DNA of 64,000 nt from Thalia democratica (taxonomy: Eukaryota). The notes beneath the pieces were generated by a model that did not search any database, had not been told where the DNA came from, and saw only the letters and a list, made by a program, of their open reading frames with translations. Positions within the stretch are counted from its first letter, which is position 1; every line of letters begins with the position of its first letter. The position numbers and the translations under genes are program-made. The DNA lies in contig OZ241829.1 in the NCBI GenBank assembly GCA_965202585.1, positions 49,228,001 to 49,292,000 of the forward strand. The letters are read 5' to 3'. Of the stretch, positions 22,679 to 35,879 are shown piece after piece.

Positions 22679-23449
22679 TTGAAACATGTCTGTTAGTGGA
22701 GCTTGTCATTTAGATATATCAGATACTTTTTTTTATTTGCAAATTGCTTTCAATATATTCTGAAATGTTTAAAAGCTAATTTAGCTCTCTTTCGTTGTTT
22801 TTACCGGCAGCTACTTGCATTTCTACTAAAGACAGCTCTTCTTCTAGAATGACAGTCTTTGTGTAAACGTTATCAAAAGTACTTTCAGCTTTGAAAGTAT
22901 GACTGTTGCTACCAACATCAACTAGCTCATCCTAATCTGATGTTATATTATATTCTTAATTTACTATTGCTGTTCAAAAAACGGTTTGCATCTTCTGATA
23001 TTGTTTCTTGGAACTTTTGACTTTTTCATCATCTATGCCTAAAAATTCCTCAATATCTTTATGTGTGGCTTTAATGTTAAATTTTTTTTTAATCGCAAAA
23101 AATCATTGTTTTCAAAGGTCCCTGTGACAGCATCACTTAAACTTATACTTATTTCTGTCTTTTGTTTTTGTGGTGAATGTTTTGTTTTTGGGATCTTTTA
23201 TATTATAGTAATCAGTAAATTTTAGTGGCTTTTAAAGTATTTGTGTTTGGTTTAATTTAAGTAAATAGTGACCAGGATTTCCTGAGTGCGTACTGCCAGT
23301 TGGCTATGCACTTTTGCGCTGTGTTCAAAGTGCATATCAAGAGGTAGGTAACTTTAATTTTAAAATGAGTAAAAATGGCTACTCAGGCTTTATGGTAGTT
23401 AACTAGTATTATAGTTTGTTGAACGACATATAAAAGCATAAAATATTTG

Positions 23450-23536
23450 GTTCCAGGACCTGGTGCACGAAGATCTTTTCAGTTATCGAGGTCGCACACC
23501 ACGAATACCTTTAACATCTTGTCCAGGACAACACTG
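23450..23536 (-). repeat. Family H repeat, reverse orientation (duplicated at 37959-38045)
   Basis: Reverse complement cagtgttgtcctggacaagatgttaaaggtattcgtggtgtgcgac...tcgtgcaccaggtcctgg. Confidence 0.75.
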
Positions 23537-25104
23537 TATGTATAGTAGAAAAGTATAACTGTATACACATAACAGAAAAGATTTTCAAAACATGAATGTG
23601 TGACTAAAAATAAACTTTAATATCAGTTATCATCGACATTAGGCATTTGAGGTATGTATGGAAAAAAAAAATTCCAAAGTGTAACTTAACATTCTCCTTT
23701 TATTCAAGTTGAGAACTTTGATTGCCAATCTTAAAGTATAAAATACCCAAAGTGTAACTTAATAGTTTGATTTTCAATAAGCTTCTTTAAAGTCCTTAAT
23801 TTTTAAAACTTAAACGTGCACAACTTTTATTTTCTTTTTTGTGATATCAGTTTCTACTTTGTTTTAGTTTTTATTCAGTGAGTTTTAGTAAACTTTTATT
23901 AAAAATAAAAAAAATTAGGATCTAGTTTAAAGTACTTGATTTTTATAAGTAAATTATTATTATCTATAAGCAAACTTAAACAAGTTCAACACGCAAAAGC
24001 TAATTCTTTTTTATGTTTTAATCAAATATTTTAAAGTGTTATACTTATAGTTTTAGTTATGTATAATATTTAAATGTTGATAAAATATTTAAAAATGTTC
24101 AATAACACTTCTCTATCCTAATTTTCAATTTGTTTTTTTTTTACCATGTATTGGTTCCTAGGCCTTTAATGAAATTGAAAGATTATTCTTTTTTTTTATA
24201 TTCTTACATGACTTGATTCGAATCAGAATGACTACATTCTAAATTAAAATTTTAAAAGAAATAAAATATTTCAATAAATTTTTTGATTTCTAAAAATATT
24301 TCTATTATTAATGAGTTTTAGCCAAAAGTATTTATTTGTAGGTTTTTAAATATGATAGCATTAACTAAAAAACTGAAAACATTTTTGCAAAAGTTTTAAT
24401 TTTAATGATATATGCTAACAAATATTCTCGTTTTTTTTTAAGTTTAAACTAGCTTGGATAAATTAATGTCAAATTTTAACTATAAAATCAAACTGGACTG
24501 GACAATGTAATTACAAGCAAAACAGTTATCAAACTAAACATGATAATTTAATGTTTTAATTTTAATGATTTTTAAACATGATTTTAAACATTATTTTTAA
24601 ACATGATAATTTAACTAAACGTGTTTTAATTTTACTTTAAATATGCTAAAGTTTTTCATAACATAGATTTTTGAGTATAAAACTTTTATTATATTAATTA
24701 AATTTGTTTTATATTTATAACTAATAAAATTATATCAAAAAGCATGGTTTCTCAAAATGTGTTCGAGTACAAAAAAGTACTTCGTTTTTTATTTTTTGTA
24801 CGAAAAAAACTTTTATAATTATACTCGATAATTGCAAAACAATGAAAAAAGTCTTATTTTATTACACTTTACTTTTTTAACAACTTTTTGTTTTTTTTTT
24901 GTTTTTGTTTATACTAATAAAGTATTAAAATTACTTTGGTAATGAATCTTATCAATTTTAACAGCAAAAACTTTCTTTTCTAGTAATCAACTTTTAACAC
25001 TATAAGTGGTGTGCGACTTAATAACTGAAAAGAGTCGAAAGGTATTTAATCTTAAAAACCGTGCTTTTTTATTTAATAATTGATGTATAGTTTGTTTTAA
25101 AAAG

Positions 25105-28100
25105 GATCTAATAACGTTGAAGTAATCCAAAGAAGACGATCCTTATCTCAGCTTCATGTAAGTTTTGTTTTCTTCTATAATTTTTAGTGTTGAAATTTTT
25201 CTAAAGCAAAATACGAACAGAAACATTTCTTTTATAGGTACAGTTTGAACTTTTGTTTTTACATAGCAATGTTGACATTATTACTTATGAAACAGAATAC
25301 TGAATACTTGTTGATGCACAAACTAAATTTAAAGTATTTTAAAACTACTATAACTAAATAGCTTTTTTTAATAAATTTATAGAAAAATATTCTATTTTTA
25401 GTTAAATCAAATATGTCTGATATTTTAAATCCGAAGTAGTATAGAGGAGTATTTATTAAAATATTCTTTTTTAAACAAAACGAACGCTTCATAGATACTT
25501 TTATACAAACTTATAATAACTTATTTTTTTAAAGTTTTAATAATATTTTTTTATACAAATATGATAAATTTAGAACACTAGTTTATAAAGTTTAATCTCT
25601 ATTGCTTGCATAAAAACTTATATTTATTAAAAATTTTTATGATTTAAGTTAAGTAAAGACCTCATCAAAATCAGTGAATAATCATAAACAACTTGTTTCT
25701 GTATCTATTTTTTAGCTTATCCGAGCTAGTTTACATTAAACTTTTTACGTAGCTTTTTGAAATTTTTCTAAATCTATTTTTGCCAACATAAAGTTATGGT
25801 AAACATGTAACAATGGTTTCAGTTTTTAAAACATTAATATGTATAAGCATATTTCATTATTTTGTCTAGTAAAAATTTAGTCCTTTAACTTAAATGTTTT
25901 ATTAATTAAAATTTTTATGTTTGAGAAATTTTTTGATAGTTATAGATAGATATACTAATATATAATTAAATACAAAATTAACTTAATTTAAAACTAACAC
26001 AAATTATTGTAAATTAACTGATCAATTAAACTTTAAACTACAGTAGACTACCGCTTAAGTACGCACTTTTTTTGGTACGCACCCCGCCTTAAGTACGCAC
26101 TTATCCAGAAAGATAAAAAAAATATTTTAAATTTTTTACATATTTCTTATAGTTTTTTATAAATAAAACTAAACTTAGCTTAACTAGCAATCTATTCAGA
26201 ATAAAAAAAAATCTTGGATTTATTTCATCATTTCAAAAAGTGTGAGCTGCTTGGTTTTCTTTCTGTGCGAGCCCTGCTCAGATAAGGCTGCTTTGTTTAG
26301 CAAACGTTGATATTTTTCATAGGTGCTTTTTAGCTTGTGACAGAGCTCAGGAGCTATACCAAGTGCTGCTTCACTAGAGAGCTGACACTCTGTTTCCACA
26401 GCTTCAGTGTATAGCTTGGTGTACCCACGAAATTGACATTGATTAGATCCTGCAGCCATCTCATTATTTTCTTCATCATTAAAGTGAATAGCAGCACTTG
26501 GTTTAATAGGTGTACAAGGTCTTCAACATCTACCTCCTTTACAGGACTTGAGTCATCTTCTTGATCGACAAATTGAATTTTTAGACCAGCTTTTCGAAAG
26601 AAATTTTGGATCGCTTTAAACATTATTTAAAATAAAAAGACTTGTTTATTTGGCTTAATTATTTGGTGGCTAGTTGTAAGAAAGAAAACAAACAACTAAG
26701 TTTCATATTATACTATGTCGTCAAAAAGTACGCACTACCCGTGCTAAGTAAGCACTTTTTGGTCGGGTTCAATTTGCGTACTTAAGCGGTAGTCTACTGT
26801 ACTTTAAATGCTTGAATTAGTTATGAAAAGTTTGAAAAGGAAACACTAGTTTTATATATTTCAAAATATTTACAAAATAATCTAGTTTTATTTTGATTAA
26901 GTAAAATATTACCTAGTTATTTATCGATTGATTTTTTAGTATAAATTAGACATAAACTCTTGTGTACTTTAAGTATTATTTAGCAGCGGCTTTCAGAATT
27001 TAAATAAAGTTTATATTTTCTTTAACTTGTTAGTAATTTTTAAATTACAAATATTTATTTAGGATAACTCATTGTAAGCATTTTTTAATATTATAACAAT
27101 AGCTTTATTAAACTTTAAGGGATAAATAACTTGATTACTTTAATGTAGGACTTTTTAAATCTGAGTTATAAAAACTAATTTAACTTTTTTTTTCAAAACC
27201 ATTTTATTTTATAGTACTCTTACATAATTTTTAAATAAAACTTTTATAATTTTTTTTATAGTAATCTTCTGAATAAAAATTTAAGATTTTATTAGGAAAA
27301 AACCAATGAAGTAAAACTAGCGAGTCAAAAAGCAAAAATTCCATCGAGATCTGTTTCGATTGAAGCACTTTTGAGTCCCAAATGGTTGCGTAAAAATGGT
27401 AGGGTTAAAGTTATAGCACAAAAGGCTAAAACTGAAAACAAGTTGAATAAGTCTAGATTAAAAGGAAAAAAATGTTTGCTTCCTACTCCAAAACTAATTA
27501 GTATTTCGGAATTGTGTCATTATAGCAGAAACTATAAAAACTCTAACGTAAAGGTTACAAAAAATATCGAAGACAAGGCCACATTAGAATCTGATCTGTC
27601 AAAAAACTTATCACCTCAAACTGCTCAAAAATCTGTTCGTTTTGCAAAACTTTCTTTATCAGAAGGTAATCATAGATTGAACTCTTTAAAAAAATCAAAA
27701 TTAATCATTCAACAAAAACCAGGAGGTAGATTTCATTCTATATTAAAACGCACAAACACACAGGACTCTAAAGTAAAACAAGCCGAAAACTTCATCACAA
27801 CAGTATCAAGTTCGAACAATTTTTCACAGGGTAGTTTTTTAGAAAAGTACTATCTATCAAAATAGATATTAGCATTTTACTAAAGTTAAGCTTAATGAGT
27901 GTCTTTTGTGTAGTTTATATATTTGTTTTTGAATAATAGATGTTGTAATTTAATTTAAATTTTTATGTTTTTTTTTAGAAAAACACTTTCTATACTATTT
28001 TAAACATAGTAAACGACTATTAGTTTAAACTTTAACATTATAGCTATAATTACATATAAATAAACACTTTATAATTTCCATCTTGTAGATAGAGTTATAG

Positions 28101-29214
28101 TTTTGTAAGGCTAACTTATGCAGATTTTTGTAAAGTTTGGTAAAAACTAGCTTTAACTGTGTGTAACTAGATTTTTGACCAAATTATATTACTGAAAATA
28201 ACATTTTTTTTAAATAAATCTTCTACGTTGTAGTCTTTTTTTATGAGATAAAAATATCATCTAAATATCTAAAGTAATTTAAAGGCTTATGTATATTCTT
28301 AAATAAAATAGATTCAAAATACCCGACGAAAATGGTTAAAAGGCTTTTAATGTCAAAATAACAAGTAAAAGACATTGATAAAAGCCTTTTTACCAGTGTC
28401 CTACTTATTGAAACGATTAACATTTGTACCAACGAACTTTACAAATCAAATCTTAACATACTTATTACCCCCAAAGAAGTAGTAAAGAGCATTTTATACA
28501 TGTCTGTGAAGAATATTTAATTCTTACTTTACAATTTTATTTATAGACAAACTGATGGCTCGGCATGGAGAGTCCTTTAGGTCCTGTATTAGTGAATATT
28601 TTTATTTGGTATTTTGAATCCATTTTATTTAAGAATACAGATAAGCTGTTTAATTACTTTAGATATGTAGATGATATCTTTATATTAAACAAAAAAGACT
28701 ACAACGTAGAAAATTTATTTATTAAAATTTCTAACCTATTCCCTAACCTACAGAAAATAACATTAATTGAAATTAAATAAAGTTAGTTTAATTGTGTATA
28801 AATTTTTTGATTTTAATGTTGCATCGTTTTTACAAAAATACTAAATTCTAGGTTTGTCAAACCAGTCAAATGTTTCAGAAGCAAGTTCTTCAACTTCAAT
28901 TTCACCAGTTGGGTTTTCTTCATTAATTGCTAACCGAAAAGATAGGTAAAGCTTACATGTAGTTCTTTTTTCAAGTTAACTTTTTTTTTAATAAAAACTA
29001 GTTTTGATATATTTTTAGCAAAGCATGTATTTATTAACAAACACAACTTTCTACTTTTATTTTACGATGGCAAAACAGAAATAAGACGAAAGACAACTCT
29101 TCCGTGGAAGACAACTATGAATGGGATTCAGAGTATGCCATAGAATCTGAAATATTGGAAGCATTAAAGAAAATTGAAAATCATCAAACTTTAAATCTTT
29201 TCTCAGAAGTATGA
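25105..29214 (+). CDS. Second, intact copy of Turtle-like exons K', L', M', N': join(25105..25157,27296..27830,28852..28945,29079..29214)
   Basis: No coding differences from copy 1 noticed and splice sites intact; the copy has no upstream exons of its own. Confidence 0.55.
26041..26799 (-). mobile_element. Internally deleted pogo/Tigger-type (Tc1/mariner superfamily) non-autonomous element, 759 bp
   Basis: Perfect 25-bp TIRs CAGTAGACTACCGCTTAAGTACGCA; TA TSDs at 26039-26040 and 26800-26801; subterminal AAGTACGCAC repeats; minus-strand transposase C-terminal relic (IQNFFRKAG, acidic stretch, KQLTLFEMMK). Confidence 0.9.
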
Positions 29215-32200
29215 ATAAGACGTACAGTTTTTTAAAATTAAACTATTTTTACAATGATTGAACTTTAAAGTTTCTTACAAGTTGTGATTAAGGAAGTAAT
29301 AACTTTTTTTATTGATCTTTTTTTTATATTATGCTTATAAAGTATACTGAACTTAAAAACAATTAACTATAATATTTATTAAAAATATATATTTGTTTAA
29401 TTATTTAAACTGTATACTGAAAGTATTTGTATGAATATAACTTTCTGAAAAGTAAAAATCTCTAAACATTTCAAAAATTCAACTTATTGAAATTCTATTT
29501 CACACTTTTGAATAAGCTTCATAAACTTTGATAGAAGTACATAAACTTAAAAAAATTAAAAAAAACTAAGAATAAAAGCATCTAATTTCTAATCTACTGA
29601 AACATATTTCTTAGCCTATTTTATTAGAAAAAAATTCAACAAAAAAGTTTGAAATAATTTAAGTTATACTCTAAACGTACGTAAAGTACAATTATATCTA
29701 GTTTTTTATACGTAAACTTTTATACGAAAGCTAGGTTTTTAATACGATCTAAAATTACGTAAACTATGCAGGTTAGTAAACTAAAAAAAAAGAACAAAAC
29801 AGTTTGCTAAAATAAAATAAAAAATTAGTAAATCTTATACATTGTGTATGTTTTAGATAGGGCAGCTTTTTATAAGAAAAAGGTGAATTTTCTTATAAAA
29901 ACTTGGTCGTGGGCCGCATATAATAGTTTTAGCAACCAGTAGAAATAATAACTTAATCGGTAAATATATCAAAAGTAATAGATAATAAATCCTCCAGTAA
30001 TTACTATTTGTTAAATTTAGCCTCAATGTCGGTTTTCTTAACAAAATTATTTTCGATCGTTTTAAAAAGGTACATTTGTATGGTGAAAAGTATATCGCGG
30101 GTTGCATGTTTTTGTTTTGAGGGCTGCAGTGTTTATCGACCTCTGTTTAGAAGATAAAATAATAATTTTTGGTTGTTTTTGTTATTAAAACTCAGTTCAT
30201 AAATGACACCTTCTAGATTAAATACTATTGTTAACGATAAGAATGAGATTTTAATTAAAAACTGTTGTATGCTAAATCCCTTATGTAAATCTGCTACTTA
30301 AATAATACAAAACAACTTTTATCGAATAGTTTAAGTTAATAAATGATTAAAACTTTTAGGACTTGCGTTTTAAAATAGAAAAGTTTGCAAAAGAAATCAC
30401 CATATGTCAAGACTCGTCAGCTAACATTTACAAAAAGAAAATGCAATCTAGCAAGGTTTTTATAATTTTAAATTGTAAATTCAAATTGTATCCATTGCTT
30501 TAATAACATAATAAAATTAATTACATCAAAATTCTAAACTTTAATTTGACTACCATAAAACTTTTATGTCAAAAATGTTTTCAAGTTACTTATTAATAAT
30601 AACAGTAAACAATTTTTTTTTTAATATTACTTTCTTATTCACCAGTATTCAAAACTGACTCTACAAGACTTGTTTAATTATATTAATAAGGCTTGTATAC
30701 TTTTGATATTGCTTCTAAACAAAAGAGCAGTTTTCATACATACATCATATCTATTTATAACTTCAATTTAAATAATGTTGCAACTTTATGCACAATTTTT
30801 TTAGCTTGGCAAGGTTTCTTTTAAAAATACTTCTTGAGACTTCTGAAAAAGGTGGTTATTAAAAAAACTTGCAGAGTACAGATTTTTAACTATTGAAAAC
30901 TTGATAAAGCTAATAGACATTGTAAAAATAATTAAAAATTAAAAAAAATTGTATAATAGCTTTAACTTTAAGAGTTTATTTTCTACTTGTCTAGCTCTAC
31001 CGAAAAACTACTAAAAAAGTATGACTTATAAAGAAAAAAAATTAATTTATATAAAATAAATAATAGTATTATTCGTTATTGACAACTCTATAGTACTACT
31101 TAAAAAAGTTTTTAATGTGTTAAAAATACTTAATCTTATTTTCTTTTATGTTCTATATACATTTTAGTACTTAATAAAGTAACACTTTGACTTGTTAGGC
31201 ATCAAGTACCTCATCTGAAACATCCTTTTTAGATCCTGACTTAAAATCAGATTTAGAAAAAAGGTAAGCACGTTGTACTTTTTTAACAAAATAAAAAACT
31301 TACTACCAAATACAGTTTTTAAATTTATTATATGTCCTGGGCATGACGTTAAACTGTTCTGATGTATGACTCGATAACCGAAAGGTTTTTCGTGCACAAG
31401 GTCCTTGGACCAAACCTTTTGAGCGTATTTTTTGTCGTTCAATAAACAATATATGAAGTAGGAGACAATTGTTTAAAAGCTAATAAGCTAAAATTCATAA
31501 TTTTAGTATTCTAGTAAGTTTAACGTCTTAGTTAGATGATAATAACAAAACTACTGTCGAACACAAAAATAAACAAGTAAGTATCAGTTTTTTAATATTG
31601 TTTTCTTATGTTGTTATCATCAGATTATGAAATTAAAACTATTAAAAGAATAAATTAAACTCCAAACAACTTACAAACTTTATTTTTAATTAACTATGCT
31701 GCAACAAACAAATGTTAACACTTTATTTTTAGTTTCTTTTAATAAAATTTTAAATGAATCTGACAAAAAACATAGCTAAATTAAGGTCTAATAACAATAA
31801 CCGGTACATAGAATTTTTTTCAAAACCTTTGAGACATAGTGTTTAGCTTGCGCAGTTGTTTAACAAAAAAATGTAGCATAGACACATGTTGAACAACTGT
31901 ACTTACTAAAATATTTTTTTAAATTAGCTTTGATTTTTTTTTAATTTAAATGGACTAAAACTACTTACATTAGAAAATACATTTCTGGGCAGTAGACTGT
32001 ATAACATTTAATCGTTACTTATGATTTAGTTTTATCAGTAGTTATAGCCCAAAACTTTTACAATAATCTAATTTAAACAATGTCTGTGTATAACAAAACT
32101 AGATAATAATTGTAATTTGTTTTATTTAAAATAACTTATAAAAATATGATAATTTAAATACTTAAGTCTTACAACAAAAATTCAGATTACATCAATGTTT

Positions 32201-35028
32201 CGCAACTAATACAAAAAAGTTAAAACTGCTACAAGAGTTTTGGTACTGCACAAAAACAGAACTTTGATTTTTAAAAAATTGTAAAAAGATAAATTTCAAG
32301 CCATCAATACTTAATGTTTTATACTACAATTTTTTTTTAATTTTGTACACTATTTCACAAAAAAAAACTAACTAACTATTCTTTAAAACTACATATTTTA
32401 TTACGCAATGTGAACCAGATCATATCAAAGTTCTGCTATGTACTTTGAAAATTAAGTAGATTTTTTAATAAACTTATATTTTTTTGAATTAATAAATTTT
32501 TACCAGCAGCTTAATTTTACTAACGTTTTTTGTTTGAAAATTTACATCAAAATTGTTACCCCATTAAGATGGCTTTTAAAAAGTTTTAAAACTTATACAA
32601 TAGTTATAAAACTTATAAAAATTGTATCTGAAACTAAGACGATCATATGGATTAGCTATGTTTCAAACACACTTACGTTATATAAAAACAACTGTATTAA
32701 TATGAACATCGAGCAGAATTTTAGTTTACTAATATTTACATTTCCCATAATAATTAACTTAAATTATTAGCTGCTTTATGTAGCATGGTTTTAAATTAAC
32801 TTTTATTTTTAGATGTGCACGATTAGTTCTACAGTTTGAAAGATTTAGACAAAAGACAAACTCGGAATCTTTATCTGAAAAAGAAAAAATCAAAAAAGAT
32901 TCGTTCGGCTGATAGTACAATAGACTTAAAGTTTGAATGTATAAGACAACTGTCGTCTTTAAGTTTATAGCTTGCGATAGAAAAATAAATGCATTATAAG
33001 TGCTTGACCACAAAAGTAACATATAGTTACTTTAGAGTTAGATCAGTGTTAGAAACAAATACAAATTGCCTTAAGTGAAGTATTGCTGTATTTATTTTCT
33101 AACTTTAAGATTTAAATAATTTTAAACATTTTTTAAACTTTGAATACTAGGCTTTTTGAAAATAAAGCTACTCGAATACCTCTATTTGTTCAAGTTCTTC
33201 ACTAAAACTAAACTGCATACTGTTGTTCATTGAAAAATTGTTTTTAGAAAATTATTAGTACGTTTTTGTTAAATTTCGAATAAAAAATTAAAAGCTCTTT
33301 TGCTGCTCTTATTACTACTAATTCTATTCTTATTTAGTTAAACAATTTGAAAAATTCAATTTATGATTTATTTTGATACTCTTTTGTTTTCTATTTTTGT
33401 TGACAATTGATATTTAAACAACAGTTATTACAAAAATTGTTACATCTACATTAAATCTTATTGAATAAGTTGAATTACCCAATTTATTTTCTGTAAAACT
33501 TTTGTATATCTTGGTATGTAGATTTGTTAAAGATTGAAAACCAAACGAAAACGGCGTTAAAAAGTTCAAAAGTTTCTATTCTATATTAAAAAACGCTTGT
33601 AAAGTAAATAAACAATATTTTAGTTGAAAAAATTTAGTTTGTCGCTAAAAATTCTTATAGTAGTAAAATTCTTAAATATATTTTTATATTTGTTTCTAAA
33701 GTTTTATAGGGTTTTAACTTAAAAAATTATAAGGCTTCATATCAACTAAGAAAAGTGTTTAATACTTATACCTGGTAGAATTTAGATTTAGATAACGTGT
33801 TAAACATGTAAAATTTTAGGTAATTTTTTTTTGTTTAGCATTTACAAAAATTATTTACGTTCTACAACTGAATTATACGAATATAGTCAAGTAGTACTTG
33901 TATTGCATAAAGCTATATTTTAGTTTAAAATTGATTGCAAATTACAAAGTTCAAACTAAAATCAATACTACCTACATTTAGTTTTGTTGTACTTTATTTA
34001 ATAAAGTAAAGTTGAATGGCCTTTTTTTTACAATTTTTCAATAAACAATAAGTAAAAAATTTAATTAATTCAATCACCAGACATCGTAGGTAATAAAAAT
34101 AGTAATTTTGAAAATTTGACGTTAAAATTTTTGACTTCGAAACAAAGTTAAATTTACAGCTATAAATTTTTACAAGTTAGAAGAACAGACACATAAAATA
34201 ATAAAAATTGATCTCTTTAGTTCAAGATTTTAAAGGTATGAAGATAAATGTACAAAGACTTAACAATTAAGTCTACTAATTTTAAGAAGAGTTAAGTAAG
34301 TTTTAGTGTCAAATAATATTTTAACTGATATTTGTTTACTTTTTCTTTAAACAGCAAAATACTAAGCAATCATCTAAGTTATCTTTAAATTTCATAAAGT
34401 AAACGCAAAAACGTTTAATTCCGTACTTTAAATATCTAACAAAGAATTATATAAAGTTTCTTTCTACCTAAAAGTTTTAACACATTAGAACTTTTCGATC
34501 CATGTTTTAGGACTTAAAGTTTCCCATTAAACACAAATCCCCTGCCCGCGACTTACTAAATTCCATTTGTTTGTAAAAAAATCCAATATTAGTAAAACTT
34601 TTTTTGTCGAGTTTTACAAATATGCTGTTGGTTTAATTGAGGGGTCGACAGCTTTTTAAAATCTTTAATTTTCTTACAAAAGTTTGGTCGCGAACAGCAT
34701 TATTTAAAAAAAAAAATTGCGGTTTGCAATCTTTTATAATAACTAAAATAGCTAAGAAAGAAAAAATACCATTTCAAAAAAAGATGTGATACAAGCAATA
34801 GTAAAGCACAACTTATTACTAATTATCTAATTAAAATCCTAGTTACAAAATTTCACATCAAATTTTATTTCAACGGTTTAATAAAAGTTTTTTTTGACTA
34901 AGAAAAACATTGCAAGCCGAAGGTTTTTTTTGCCGCACTTTTCCGACACCTATTTTAAATGTAAATAACTAAGTTGTTGTTTCAAAGATAGTATCTTTAT
35001 AACTTTAATGTTTAACAAAATACATTTC

Positions 35029-35879
35029 ATTTTCTTTAAATTTATTTAAGTACTTTCAAGTAGGACTCGTCAGAAATAGTTTCCTACTGAATTGGAATGA
35101 ATACAAATTGAAATAAAATTATACTGCAGTTTAAAGTTTTAAGATATAAAATGACGTAATAATCAAATGTTAAAAATTAAATAAGTGCTAGTGCTAAACA
35201 AATTTGGTATACTAATAAAACTCGGTAGAATTAAAACAATCTAAATAAAGAGGCGATAAAAATTTTAAATTAAAACTATGCATAAAAATAAAGTTTAACA
35301 AGAAACTAATTACTTTAAAATTACTAATATAAGGGTTTAAAAAGTCTAGTTTAGTAAACGAACTTTTTCTGCTTACATAAACTGGGCCTTAAAAATTAAA
35401 TACATAAGGCTTCCAGAATATGCAATTGAAAAGAGTTCTCCGCTCTCACTAAGACTGAAAAATTGTCCTTTTTATAATTTTGCCCAATCGCCGAGAAGTA
35501 TTTTTTAGTTGGTTTCTCAGAACGGCCATCAAACCACTTTTTCAAGACTTTCGGAACATGTTGATCGATTCTTACATGAAACCTTTGAGATGTTTTTCCC
35601 ACGTAGTCACTACCACAGTGACAACTAAACTTATAGATGATGTTACTTTTTTCATGGGTGGGAGAAACGTCTTTGTAAATTCCACTTAGAGGTCGATCAG
35701 TATACAAAACTGTTCATAAATGAACAGAGCTGAAAACTTGGCTTATTTCCTCTGAAGTTTTCTTAGAAAACCTCTCAGAAATTTTTCCAAGGTAAGGAAG
35801 TTTTAAGTATACTGGACACTTCTGAGGGCCAATCATTTTTAAAGCTGTTGAACTTCTAGCTCTTGTTATAACTTTGTTT
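35029..35879 (-). mobile_element. Duplicate of the Penelope-like GIY-YIG relic
   Basis: Same sequence as 20520-21370 at offset 14509. Confidence 0.85.
35043..35078 (-). ncRNA. Duplicate minimal type I hammerhead candidate
   Basis: Identical to 20534-20569. Confidence 0.6.
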
